Position numbers and translations under genes: made by a program | Assembly: GCA_964019335.1 (NCBI GenBank) | Contig: OZ025741.1 | Location: 124,001 to 188,000 of the forward strand | Direction of reading: 5' to 3' | DNA: 64,000 nucleotides | Origin: Diplonema japonicum | Lineage: Eukaryota > Protista > Euglenozoa: Diplonemea | Part shown: positions 22,001 through 35,926 of the stretch, piece by piece | Layout: each line of letters opens with the position of its first letter | Position numbering within the stretch: the stretch's first letter is position 1 | Notes under the pieces: generated by a model | Database searches by the model: none | Told to the model about the DNA's origin: nothing | The model's input: the letters and a program-made list of their open reading frames with translations, nothing else

Positions 22001-25000
22001 CCTGCACAGGTCACCTCACCACGACAGTACCCGTTGTAGCAAAGGTCCACAGCTGTCACGGAGCTACCGTCGTCGCAGCCAGTGCGGTCTGTCTTCTTCT
22101 GGTTTTCACACAAGCCTGTCAGCTGGTTGCAAATGTTTTGCGTGTGGCACTGGTCACTGGGCAAGCAGGTCACCCCAAGGCACAAGTTACTGCCCCGACA
22201 TGTTCCTTGCATGCAGCGATCGTCAAATGTCGCAGCATCACCATCGTCGCAGAAGCTATTGCCAGGTACCAACGGTGTTGTACAGACTCCCGTCGAAGGG
22301 TCGCAGGTGCCAGGCTCGTAGCACTGCATGACACTCGTGCATTTCACATTTTCACACAGCCCCACACCGCGGCATATCCCACTCCTGCACGCGTCCTTTG
22401 TGGTCGTGTGGTCACCGTCATCACACGGAGCCCCGTCCTGCCGCACAACCTCCAGACACGTTGCGGCGTTGCATGTTATTATTTTGCACTGCGCGGCTTT
22501 GTTGCAAACAGTTCCCTGGCATGTCATGTTTCCTGCGCACACACCTGCTGTGCAGCTGTCACCTGTCGTTTCAAGATTGTTATCATCACAGGGCGTCCCA
22601 TTAGGCGCTTCAGCCACAACGCACATATCATTGACGCAAGTAGAGGTGCGACAGCCTGTCGACACGCAAGGCCGGACATCACATCTGTTTTGTCCTTTGC
22701 AAGTACCCCGCACGCAGCGATCGAGCACAGTTGCGTCATTGCCGTCATCACACGGCGTCTCGTCAGGCTTGAGACTTGTCACGCATTGCCCTGTCCTTTG
22801 GTCACAGATTCCGGAATTCTCACACTGCCCACCCACGTTGCATGTTACTCCTTGGCAAAGATCCAAACCCAGACAGACACCTGCCTGGCAGGAGTCCTGG
22901 ACGGTTTTGGGGTTGTCATCGGTGCATTTCGTTCCGTCCGCCTGTGGGACAATGCGGCAAACATCACCGACGCAGCTCACGGAGGTGCACGTGGTCGGAG
23001 ACTTGCACGTAGTCTTGCAAGGCACAGTGCTAACGCAGTGCCCGTTGAGACACGTGTCGACAGGGGTCACCGCGTTGGCATCATCGCAAGTCGTACCATC
23101 CGCTAACTTCGGCTCTGTACAGAACCCTGTCTGCGGGTCGCAGCTGCCTGCACCGTGACATTGGTCTACTGCAGTGCAAGTCACACCTGCGCAGAGATTC
23201 GTCCCTTTGCACACACCGCTGCTGCACTGGTCACTCACCGTAAGTGGGTTGCTATCGTCACATGCTGTGCCGTTCGGTAGCACTGTCACACCGCATACAC
23301 CGAGGACACAAGAAGTGCGCGTGCAAGGCCTTGTGGGGCAGTTCATTGCGCTACATGGATCTACTCCCACACATTGACCGGAGACACACTTGTCGCCAAG
23401 GGTTGTGCTGTTCCCGTCATTGCATGGTGTGTTGTCTGGCTTCTCGATTGTGATGCAAGTGTTCCCCGAACATTCAGGCTTGAAGCATTGAAGACCAGTC
23501 GAGCAGACGTTCACCCCGCACGGAACCGATCCCGAACACGTTCCAGATATGCACTTGTCGTCAATTGTCTTAGAGTCACTGTCGTCACACAAGGTGCCAT
23601 CCTGGTTGGGCGGATCCGTGCACTTCCCTGTAAGTGGGTCGCAAACGCCCGCGCTGTAGCATGCTCCACTCGACATACAAGTGACGGACGCACATAAATC
23701 CATGCCACTGCACACACCGGCTTTGCATACGTCCTGCCCTGTTGACGAGTCACCATCATCGCAAGGGGTACCGTCTGCAAGCGGTGTCGAAGTGCAATTG
23801 CCATTCTTACAAGTCCCAGTACGGTAGCACTGCGTCAAGGGATAGCACACTACCCCAGTGCAAAGATCGTCTTCTGGCACACATGCCCCGGCCAAGCAGC
23901 CACCAGGCCTTGACACGGTGAAGTCGAAGCAAGACGTGCTGTCAGGTTTTCTAACTTGCAAACACTTGTCAGCAACGCATGAGGGTGTGAGACACTGCGA
24001 AGTCGAGAGGCACGACTGGGAACACATAACGCTCCCAACGCAGTTTCCGCTGACGCAGCTATCACCCGTGGTCGCTGGGATTCCGTCATCACACGCAGTG
24101 CCGTCGGGAACGGAACCGTACGCGCATGTTCCCGTAGTTCGGTCACAAGCTGATTGCAGACATGCCGATGGCGATGGAGGGCATTGCACGTTCAGGCACT
24201 GGTCCACACCACCACACACCCCGTCAAGGCACACGTCATCGAAAGTGTATACGCTCTGGTCGTCACAGTGAGTGTAGTTCGCCTTAGAAGGGTAAACACA
24301 TGCACCAGTGGCAGGGTCACACTCCACGTCGTGGCACTGGCTGATCGCGAAACACACTACTGAAGTACACTTCGATACGCTAACACATTTCCCTCCCAAG
24401 CAGGCATCATTCCATGTAGAGGGGTTGTTGTCATTGCAGGACAAACCATCAGTCACCGCCACTGTCGAACATGTGGTCCCCGAGCACAAGGGTCTCATGC
24501 ACGGCTGGTTTGTGCCGCACCTTCCGGACCCGCATGTGACGTCACCCTTGCAAACCCCAGTAGTGCAGACGTCGTTTGTCGTGCGCACATCCCCATCGTC
24601 GCAAGGCACTCCGTCACTCAGCGTCGGGTCGCTGCACAGACCTGTAAGGTCATCACAGGCACCTACACCATGGCAGGAATCGCTCGCATTGCAGGCTACA
24701 TTTAAACACTTCTTGACACCGATGCAAGTGCCGAAAGTACAAACGTCGTTGGTTGTTGTGCCGTCACTGTCGTCACAAGGCGACTGATCAGGTTTCATGC
24801 GGTCAGTGCACAGGCCTTGGTAACACAGCCCGTTCTGGTAGCATTGGTTCTTCGGTTTGCACACAACACCAAAACATGTGTCGACACCCTGGCACACACC
24901 AGACTGGCACCTGTCGTTGGAGGTGGCGCGGTTGCCATCATTGCAGGCAGCCCCGTCGGGCTTCACAACTTCCACACACCGCATTCCCTCACATACAGCA

Positions 25001-28000
25001 GAGTAGCACTGGGGTCTTGATGTTGTGCAGTTAACGCTGCCGCATGGCGCCACACCAATGCAAGCCCCCTGTATGCACTTATCGTCGATTGTCTCGGCAA
25101 CGCCGTCGGTGCACGGTACACCGTACGCCTTTGCTGGATCCGAGCACAACCCTGTAGCTGAGTTGCATGTTCCTGCGTCGTGGCATTGGTCACTCCCCTG
25201 GCACACTACACCCACGCACTTGTCAACACCCATGCAAACGCCCGCCTTGCACACATCGTCTGTAGTCGTTACGTTGCCGTCGTTACAAGGCGTCCCGTCT
25301 GCGACAACCTCGTCAGAGCACACGTTGCTCTTGCAAACAGGCTTGCGGCACCTAACAGAGCTGCTTACACTGCAGTTCGAGCTGCCGCATTGGATGAACC
25401 CAGTGCAGACGCCAGCGTCACAGGTGTCACCTAGCGTTTCAGTACTCCCGTCGAAGCAAGCACTACCATCAAGCTTAGGAGGGTCGGAGCATAGTCCGGT
25501 CCCCAGGTCACAAACACCTACATCGTGGCACTGGTCGGAAGCAGCACAGACGACACCATTGCAAGCTTGCAAGTCAATGCAGCATATGCTTGGCGTGCAG
25601 CCTGACGGTGGGCACTGTACGGATAAGTCTACTGTGAAGCCTACACCACAGCCGATGAAGCTTTCACAGGTTTTCGTCGTCCCAATGCAAAGGCCGCTTT
25701 GGCACTCGTCGAGCGTCGTTTTCGGATCACTATCGTCGCAAGGCGACCCGTCGGGTCTGATGGGCGTCGTACATGTGCCGGACGCATCGGAGCACACACC
25801 ATCCAAGTGGCACTGGTCAATGCTGCTGCAGACAACACCCGTGCACTTAGTAGTACCCTTGCAAACACCTGCGACACATACATCATTTTGCGTGGCGCTG
25901 CTGCCATCGCTGCAGGTGGTGCCTTGAGGGCGCATCACTTGCGAACAGGTACCTAGCGTGCAATCGCTTCTGAAGCAAACAGGATCCAAGGCACGGCAAG
26001 ATATACCGTTGCACTGAATCGTGCCCACACATACACCTGCCTTGCACATGTCGTTCTGGGTCGAGGCATCACCATCGTCGCACGGCGTGCCGTCTGTCAG
26101 CACTGGGTCGCTGCAAACACCGTTGGAACACAAGCCTGGTGCGTGGCACTGATCCGTGCTAGTGCAAGCCATAGTATCACATGGGTTGTTCCCAGCGCAC
26201 ACGCCGCCTATGCACCTGTCGCTGATTGTCCCGTCCAAACCATCATCGCAAGGCGTGTTATCCGTTTTGTTTTCATAGGTACATTTCCCTGTTGCAACAT
26301 CACACACACCAGCTCGCAGACACTGACTCACAGCACCGCACGTCACATTGGTGCACCTATTGACACCCCTGCAGACACCATTCATACACACATCACCAAA
26401 GGTGGCCGGAAGGTTGTCATCACAAGCAGTGCCATCGGACTTCTGCAGTGTGATGCACGTTCCGTTGCATGCAATAGTCTGACACTGAGACGGGGTGGGG
26501 CATAATGCTGAGCCGCACTGAATGCTCCCGGAGCATATCCCTCCACCGCACAGATCGTTGATAGTGGTCGGGTTGCCGTCGTCACACGAAGTCCCGTCAG
26601 GCCGTTGAATTTCCGTGCAGAGGCCAGTATTGACGTCACAGATGCCAAAATCATGGCAGTCGTCAGCAGGTGCACATAAGACACCTAAACATTTCTGCCT
26701 CCCCCCACAAAGCCCTGCTTTGCAAACGTCACCCGTTGTTGTAACGTCACCGTCATCACAGTCTGTGCCGTCGGGCTGGAGAGGACGCGTGCACAGACCT
26801 GTGTACGGTTCGCACGTACCAGTTCTGTGGCATTGTGAAGTGGCAGGGCAGACCGTGGCTTGGCACTGCTGAATGCCCTGACATACGCCCTGCATGCAAG
26901 TATCGTTGAGTGTATTGATGTTGTTGTCATTGCAGGGCGTGCTGTCGGGAGCAAGGGCGTACTTGCAGATGTGTCCGTCGCACACGGGGACTTGACAGGA
27001 CCTCGTTGCAGCACAGCTTGACGAGCCACACACAAGAGTACCAGCGCATATCCCTGCCACGCATTGGTCGTTGTTCGTAATCGGGTTGTTGTCACTGCAT
27101 GCAGACCTATCCTGCTTCACCGGATCGGTGCACAGCCCGGTCTTGACGTCGCAGACACCAGCGTAGTGGCAGTCGTCGCTCGGCATGCACACAACACCTT
27201 CACACATGTTCCTGCCCTTGCAAACACCTGACCTGCATACGTCCTCAATCGTAAGGTCGTTCCCATCGTTGCAGGGTGTGTTCGTTGGCTGTGCAACCGC
27301 AGTGCACAACCCAGTTGAGCTGTCGCACTGTCCAGCTTCGTAGCATTCGCCAACCGAGATGCACACCACGCCATCACACAAGTCGACCCCGATGCAGAGG
27401 CCGCTTGCACATGTATCACTCGACGTGGCGGGATTTCTGTCGTTGCAGGGCGAGCCGTTGGGAAGCGGTACCTGTGTGCATGACGACCCGACGCAGATTG
27501 GCTTGTTACACTGGTCGGCAAGACACAAAGTGCTACCGCAAGTTAGTTCCCCCTTGCAAACCCCCTTGATGCACACATCGCCTGTTGTGGAAGGGTTGCC
27601 ATCGCTGCAAGTTGTCCCATCCGGCTTCATTGTGTCGGAACAGAATCCCACCACAGGGCTGCATGTTCCCGCGTAGTGGCAATCGTCAGAAGCCGTGCAT
27701 ACCACATTGGCACAGCGATCGGCACCCACGCAGACACCTAGACGGCACGAGTCACCTGACGTCGCAGGGTTTCCATCGTCGCAAAGCTTGCCCTCTGGAG
27801 CATTGGGGTTCGTGCAGACACCGTTTTGGCATGTACCAGCATCATGACACTGGTCACTGGGGGTACAGATCACACTGTCGCACAAGTTGATACCAACGCA
27901 CACACCACCGTAGCACTTGTCGTAGATGGTCGCTTGATTAGAATCGTCGCAGTAGGCACCGTCGATGGACCACAGCTGGGCACACGCAGTCCCATTGCAA

Positions 28001-31000
28001 GCAGGGGTCTGGCAGATACCGTAAGGGCAGTTCCCTGTCCCTGACGCACAGCTTGCCTCACCCACGCAGATGCCATTCCTGCACACATCATTCATCGTGG
28101 CATTGCTCTTATCGTCGCAAGGCGTTCCGTTGGGCTTCTGGGGCGTTGTGCAAACTCCTGTCGCGGTGGTGCACGAACCGGCGTCGTGGCAGCTACTCTC
28201 AGGGCTGCACTGCTTCCCACCACAGGCGGGCTCACCGCAGCAAACACCCTCCAAACATGCGTCACTGACCGTCATCGGGTTGCCATCGTTGCACGGTGTG
28301 AAATCTGGCTTCAGGGTGATGATGCACTTGTCAGTGCTGTCGCAGGTGGCAGTGTGGCAAACGGATGGGGACACGCATGAAGATGTATCACACAGCGCAT
28401 CTCCGACACATGCACCCTTGACGCACCTGCTGTTTACAAGGTTCATCGGGTGGATGCACGGCGATCCGTCGGGTCTCTGCAGTTGCTGGCAACCTGTGCC
28501 GTCGCAGACCGCAACGTGGCACTGGTCTACCGCTCGACAATCCGTTTTACAAGTGATGAGCCCCGCACAGTAGCCTGCCGTGCAGACATCGTCTGTGGTC
28601 GATGCGTCACGGTCGTCGCACGGCGTGCCATCAGGTTTGATAGGGTTGCTGCAGACGCCTGTTATGATGTCGCATCTGCCCACAGCATGACATTGGTCCA
28701 GCGCTGCGCATGGAGAGCTGCAGCGAAGCCAACCTTTGCAGACACCAATCTGACACACGTCGCCCGTCGTGTCGGGGTCCTCATCGTCGCATGCCACGTT
28801 GTCTGGAAGGTTGATGACAGTCGTCACACCTGTTTGGAAATCGCACAGACCAGCACGCTGGCACTGATTCAGCACACACGGCGTGTTCATGCACTGGTCG
28901 GTTCCCCTGCAGACACCGTTAACACACATGTCATTTGTTGTTCGAGGATTCCCGTCATTACAGTTTCTTCTATCATCTATGGCCACATGCTTGCACTGTG
29001 CACCTTCGCACACATATTGGTGACATTGTTGAGGTTTGGGGCACACAGTGGAGCCACACACAATGCTGCCAGAACACACACCCGACACGCACTGATCGCT
29101 AGTGGTTTTCGGGTTTGAGTCGTCGCAAGTCTTGCCATCTGCTGCAGCAGGCTCCGAGCACAGCCCTGTGGTAGAGTCACACAAGCCAGCTTCCCTGCAC
29201 TGGTCTGTCGGGTAGCATACAATGCCAACGCACCTGTCAACTCCCACGCACATGCCTTGTTGGCAGCTGTCCACAACCGTTTGCGGGTTGTTGTCATCGC
29301 AAGGCGTGTCGTTGCTCTTCTGGGGGTCACTGCACTTCCCTGTCTGTGGGTTGCATACGCCAGCAACATGGCATTGACTTTTCGCTTTGCACACGACCCC
29401 TGCGCACAGATTCGTACCGCTACACAGCCCTCCACTGCACTTATCACTGATGGTCAGAGACGACCCATCGTTGCAAGGGGTGCCGTCTGTTTTTGCTCTG
29501 CTCGAGCAAGTGTTGCCTGCGCAGACAGTAAGCTTGCACTGGTCAACAGCAGGACACGGGCTTGTGGAGGTACCGCAAAATATAATGCATGATGCGCCTG
29601 ATGCGTCATAGGAGCGGGTCGCGTCGCAGACCATATTGATTGATGCAGTGGGCTGCCCTTGCCCAGGGTAGCACGTGGGGGCACACATTTGCCCAGTCAC
29701 TAGGACATTGCACCCTGAGTAGTCGACATTGCCGTTGGCGTTAGTCGAGGGGCCTGCAGTGCAGGTGTTTGGGACACACGTCACACCTGCGGAAAACCTT
29801 CCTGACGCGTCACAGCTTAGCGCAACAACACTTGATGCAGAGAGGCCTGCAGGGCAGCCTACGTTGCATGTGTCGCCTGTCGCTTTCGACGAGCAGTCGC
29901 TGTAGTCGATGCCTGCTATCGGAGCAACAGGGCTCGTGCAGTTGTTTGGCGTGCATTCAGAGGGGGCCACATAAGACCCGTTACCCAAACACGCCAGCGA
30001 GAAGTTCCCGTTCGTGGAGTACCCAGGGCTGCACTGCGGGACGCAGAATTGTCCGCTGCTGAGTGTATTGCACGGTGTGTAGTCTGTCCATATCTTAGGG
30101 TCGATTGGATTGGAGCACGCGTTCGGGGTGCACACAATCCCAGAAGTGTCATTGTAAGACCCAGAGAGACACTTCAGCGTGAAGGGCCCACCTGATGCCT
30201 TTGTGAAGCCGATCATGCAGCGAGGTGTACACAGTTGACCGGTTATCAAAGCATTACATTCAGTATAATCCGTGTTAGGAGCAGGTTGAACAGGACCGGA
30301 CCCGCAACGGAATGCAGAATTAGGCAGACACCGAGCGTCAGAAGCGTTGTAGCCCCCGTTGACGCACACAAGCGAGATCGACCCAACAGCTGTGTACCCT
30401 GAAATGCACTCAGGCACGCAACTATCGCCTGTCCTTAGCGCGTTGCACGCACTGTAAATCGCAGGCGGATCAAGCCCACTACTCGGACCTGCTGTGCAAG
30501 GGTCTGGCAGGCAGGCTGCACCTGAAGCGTCAAACGTGTTGTTTGCTTGACAAATCACTTGAGTCGATCGAATCGAGTACCCATCAGGGCACACTGGGTT
30601 GCAAGTTCCTCCCGTCACAAGCTGCGAGCACAGTGAAATATCTGCGATAGGTGGCGCGTTGTAAGCACCATTAAAGCACCTGGTAGGGTCACACGTCGCA
30701 CCAGAAGCATTGTAGAACGTGTCAGGGCAGACAAGGATGAAGGACCCCACTGGCTGATACCCGATAACACACTGCGGGGTGCAGGAGTCTCCCGTGTACA
30801 TTGTGTTGCACGCGTCGTAGTACGCAGACCCATCTGTGTCGGAGGTTGGCCCGCCCGAACAGGCACTGACGTTGCAAATAGCACCTGCGGCATCATAATT
30901 TCCTGAGACGCAGAGAAGAGGAAAAGACCCCACCTGAACATAGCCAGGGTCACACTCCGGCACACAAATTTCACCAGTCACTTGCGAGTTGCAAACCGTG

Positions 31001-34000
31001 TAGTTAGTGTTGGGGTACACGTTCACGTTCGGGCCGTTCTGGCAGTCCTGTGCCACACACGTGGCTGCCGAGGCGTCGTACCCACTAGCGTTGCAAAGCA
31101 AAGATATCGTGTCATTCAACAAGTATCCAGATGTGCACACAGGGGAGCACACGTCACCTGTTTTCTGAGAGTTGCAGTTTGTGAAGTCAGCGCCCACTGA
31201 TATGCTGGCGATAGGTCCAGCAGTGCATGGGTACGGCACACACGTCACCCCGTTAGCGTCGTACCCGCCAGGTACGCACGTCAAGGTAAAACTCCCGCTC
31301 ACAGTGTAGCCGTTCGCGCAAACTGGTGTGCAGGTACTGCCTGACGTTAGGACATTACAACTTGTGTAGTCTGCGTTCACATCTGCCCCTGTGGAAGGCC
31401 CAGAAGCACACATCTGGGGATTACACGTTGCCCCCGATGCATTGAATCTGTTCCCCACACACGCAAGCACAAATGACCCGTCGAGGGTGTACCCATTATT
31501 ACAAGTAGGCGTGCAGGTGTCGCCTGATCGCATTGCGTTGCAGCCTGCGTACACTGCATTCGGGTCAGCATCGCTGCTGGGTCCACTCAAGCACGTCAGG
31601 GGTTCACAGACCGTGCCGCTTGCGTTATAAGTCGTATTGACGCAGGTGAGCGTGAAGGAGGACGACAGTCTGTACCCAGCACTGCAGCTCGGGGTGCAAG
31701 TCTTCCCTGACGTTAAGCTGTTGCACGCTGTGTACGACATCTGGGGGTCCATGGTGCCAATGAGCGGCCCGCCGCTGCAGGAAGACGCAGCACAGGATGC
31801 ACCAGCAGCGCTGTACTGGTTAGAGTTGCAAATCAGAACGAACTGCCCCACAGGATGGTACCCTGTCCGGCACTGCGGAACACATACTTGCCCAGACACC
31901 ATGTTGTTGCACTGCGTGTAGATAGCATTGGTGTCCGTGTTCAAGGACGCACCATTCAAGCATGTGTTAGGGGTGCAAGTAGCACCCGCTGCATCGTAGG
32001 CACCAGCCACACATTGCAACACGAACGAGCCTGAGGGAGTGTAGCCACTATTACATGTCGGCGTGCACGTCTGCCCAGTGGCCATGGCGTTGCATGCTGT
32101 GTACACAGCTTGAGGATCAACATTGGAGTTAGGGCCACTGGTGCAACCATTAGCTGTACACGTAGCGCCTGCTGCATTGTATCGGTTCCCCACGCACGCT
32201 AGGGTAAAGGACCCAGCCACGGTGAAGCCCACCTTACAGGTCGGTGTGCAAACATTGCCGGTCTTCAACGAGTTGCAGTTCGTGTAGTCAGCGTTGACGT
32301 CGTTGTTGGCGTTGGGTCCACCGACGCAGTCGCTGCACACAGAGCCCGAGGCGTCGTATGTGTTGCCATTGCAGACGAGGTTGAAGACTCCTACCCTGGT
32401 GAACCCTGCGTTGCACGTGGGGGAACATGTTTGGCCCGTTAATAGTGCATTGCAAGTCGTGTAAACAGCCTGGGCGTCTGCCCCTGTTGCGGGCCCTGCT
32501 GTACATGGGTTCGCAACGCACGTGGCGCCAGCAGCAGAATACGTAAGAGTGCTGCATGTCAATGTGAAGCTCCCGCTAACCGTGTACCCCGTGCTGCAGG
32601 TGGGTGTGCAAGTCTGTCCCGTAGTGAGCGCGTTGCAGGCAGTGTAGTCGGCATTAGGGTCGGCGCTTGACGACGGCCCGTTGGTGCAAGCATTCGCTGC
32701 ACATGTGGCGCCTGCGGCGTTGTACTGCGTGGCCGTGCAAGTGAGGGTGAACGATCCAGTCACCGTGTAGCCGGCGTTGCATGTTGGGGTGCATATCTTG
32801 TCCGTGATGAGCGCGTTGCAAGCTGTGTACTGTGCATTTGCATCTGCATTCATGTTTGGGCCACCACTACACGAGTTTGCAGAGCATGTCGCCCCAATCG
32901 CAGAATAGTAAAGGTTGTTGCAGATCAGCTTTATGCTTCCCACAAGATGGAAGCCCGTTGCGCATGCAGGAGTGCACACCTGCCCGCTGACCATGGAGTT
33001 GCACAAGGTGTATGTTGCTGCACCGTCAATGTTTGAGTTGGGCCCATTGCTACAGGCGTTGGGAATGCATGATGCACCAGCGCCATTGTAATTCCCGCTA
33101 GTGTCACAACTAAGGGTGAAGCTACCCGACTGTGTATAACCAGAGGTGCAGCTTGGGACGCACGTGTTACCCGTGACCAGTGTATTACACCCGGTGTATA
33201 CGGCAGCAGGGTCGGAGTTGATGCTGGGGCCTGCTGTGCATGCATTCGCTGAACACGTAGCACCGCTAGCATCATAGTTCAGACCTGTGCAAACCAGAGT
33301 GAAAGACCCAGACGCGGTGTAACCCGTGGTGCATGTAGGTGTGCAGGTCTGACCAGTGGTCAGAGTGTTGCATGTAGAATACGAAGATTTCGGGTCAGCA
33401 CCAGTGATAGGCCCGTTGACGCAGGAATTGGCTACGCACGTGGAGCCTGCTGCAGAGTACTTGCTACTCACGCAGTTCAGCACAAAAGATCCCGACACCG
33501 TGTAGCCTGTGCCGCATGTTGGTGTGCAGGTCTGGCCGGAAACCATTGCATTGCACAAGGTGTAGACGGCATTCGCGGCAGGTGTCGTGGGACCGCCAGC
33601 GCAGTCACTGGGCACGCACCGCACAGCTGACGCGTCGTAGGTGAGGGACGTACACACGAGAGCCAAAGCACCAGATGCCGTGTAGCCACTAGCGCAAGCA
33701 GGGGTACACGCTTGACCTGTCACCATGGCGTTGCAGGATGTGTAGGTGGCTTGGGGGTCGCTCCCCGAGGAAGGACCCGACGTGCACGCATTGGCAGTGC
33801 ATGTGGCACCAGCAGCATTATAGTTTCCGCCAGTACATGAGAGAGTGAAAGAGCCGCTCGCTGTGTATCCTGTGTTGCAGGTTGGTGTGCACATCTGCCC
33901 GCTGTTCAGTACATTGCATGCAGTGTAGGTGGCTTGCGGGTCAGCGTTAGCACTGGGACCGCTTGCGCACGCCGACGCAGAACAGACAGCCCCCGTGGCA

Positions 34001-34950
34001 TCATACGTGCCGCCGACACATTTCAGGACGAACGACCCACTGACCGTGGACCCCGGCATGCATGAGGGAATGCATACTTGTCCAGAGACCATCGCATTGC
34101 AAGATGTATAGTCGGCGGTTGCATCAGCCCCCGTGCTGGGCCCGCCGGTGCAGACATTGGTGCTGCATGTCGCGCCAGCAGCGTTGTACCGACCAGCAGT
34201 GCAGAAAAGGCTGATACTGCCGACGACGGTGAAGCCAGCCGTGCACGTTGGGGTACAGGTCTGCCCTGTTGCAAGGGAGTTGCAAGACGTGTAGTCTGCG
34301 AAGGGATCCGTGTTCGACGAAGGCCCGCTGCTGCAGGTGTTGGGCGTGCACGTAGTGGTGGATGTATATCTCCCGCCGACGCAGTTTAACACGAAGCCGG
34401 AGGAAGGGGTATAACCGGTGATGCAGGTAGGGGTGCACAGCTGTCCGGAAGAAAGAGAGTTGCAAGATGTGTAGACGGCAAGTGCGTTGGGGTTGTTGGG
34501 ACCACCTGCACAGGAAGACCCAGTACAAGTGAACCCAGCAGCGTCAAACGCAGAACCGATGCATATAAGAGAGAAGGAAGAGCCAGATGGCGAAAAGCCG
34601 GACTGGCATGTTGGGGTACAGGATTGCCCTGTACGCTGAGAGAGGCATGAAGTGTAGACAGCGTTCGGATCTGCGTTGGCACTGGGCCCGTTCACGCAGG
34701 TGTTCGGCTCGCATGTTGCCCCAGTGGCATCATACTGTAGAGATGCATCACACTGCAACACAAATGAACCTTGTACGCTATACCCAGGCGCACAGTCAGG
34801 CACACACACTTGACCAGTTACCAAGCTGTTACAACTCCCATACGCTGCAAATCCATTCGTTCCAGACCTCGGGCCGTTGGTGCACTGTCCATCCACTGCA
34901 ATTGCCCATGTTGCTATAAGTATACCCACGTATGGGCGTTGCCACCTCAT
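13058..34950 (-). CDS. Giant Cys-rich type I membrane protein A (~7215 aa after splicing)
   Basis: Signal peptide from ATG 34950. Six GT-AG introns (16068-16103, 15857-15896, 14111-14148, 13928-13974, 13753-13801, 13652-13686) join the ORF-track pieces into 21648 nt, divisible by 3. Architecture: ~30 ~59-aa six-Cys units, >100 ~43-aa CDDGN..T..D.C..G.C.G units, EGF-like domain, one TM helix, ~170-aa tail. Confidence 0.85.
14430..29580 (-). repeat. Dictyostelium ecm/CTDC-like Cys-rich repeat array in gene A
   Basis: Alternating long/short ~41-45-aa units ending DGTPCDDGNxxTxxDxCxxGVCxG; boundaries approximate. Confidence 0.75.
29590..34885 (-). repeat. ~30 tandem ~59-aa sushi/CCP-like six-cysteine units (protein-level repeat)
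   Basis: Consensus CxxGPxxxADxxAxYTxCNxLxTGQxCTPTCxxGYTxSGSFxLxCxxxxYxAxGATCxxN; boundaries approximate. Confidence 0.8.
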
Positions 34951-35103
34951 CAGGGTGCGGGTCACAAAACCCCCCCTGGGGTGCAATTCGGGGGAAATAT
35001 TATAAATACAAAAAAGAAGAAGAAGAAGAAGAAGAAGAAAAGAAGAAGGAGAACAATGGATTTCTTTTGTCAATAACTCAACTAATTCGTTTGTAAAAAA
35101 AAA

Positions 35104-35144
35104 TGGGGCTTTGATTGCAACACTAGGTGGCGTTAAGCGTGCAA
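35104..35144. repeat. 41-nt dispersed repeat, copy 2
   Basis: Identical to 9650-9690. Confidence 0.95.
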
Positions 35145-35517
35145 TGCATGCAAAAAAAAAATAAATAAATAAATTTCAACAAAAAAGGACTTTTTAGAGA
35201 AAGGAAGGAAAGGAAAAAAAAAAAAAAAAAAAACAGCGCCTATTTTTTTTCTTTTCTTTTTTACCTTCCCTTTTTTTTTTTTTGGTATTTCCTTTTTTTT
35301 TTATCTATTACATAGCTCGTCAATTAAAAGGCTATGTGAAAAGAGGGAGGGGAAGACACATGTAAAAAAACCTTCCCCCCTCCCCCCCTTTTTTTTTCTC
35401 GAGAAACTCTAGATGGAAGAAAGAAAATAAACGCACCGGAAGAAAGAGGGGAAGAAATACTACTTCTATCTTTTTTTTTTTTCATTTTTTTTTTTTTTTT
35501 CCAACCGTTGTTGTAGT

Positions 35518-35894
35518 TCAAACACCGATCTGTGTGAGAGAGTGTGTTGTCTCAAATTGTCCCTCCCCCTCCCCCGGTAACATACTGAATGGTAATCATC
35601 GTCCTTACTATACTGTGAAAAGAGTGTAAGAGGGTTATCAGAGAGGGCCTCATTAGGGTCTATGGGATGGGCAGGGCCCGTTCGTATTTGATGGTTCTGA
35701 GCACGAGACAAAGGCTGTACACCCCTGCCACGGCCTCGGGTCATAGGAGGCTGCGAGGTAGCCCTACCGTTGATCGACCGCTGGGTTGGAGACAACAGTT
35801 GATTGTTGTCGAAGGACGCATTTCTGTAAGAGGACAACACTACAGGTACCGACGCCCTCCTCTGGTCGTTAACATCGTCATCAGAGGAAAAATC

Positions 35895-35926
<32 letters not shown>

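Noticed and set aside
34951-35073. N-terminal extension of the 6419-aa ORF (poly-Leu)
   Set aside because: Starts at a non-ATG codon and translates a (CTT)n pyrimidine tract; ATG 34950 gives a proper signal peptide.
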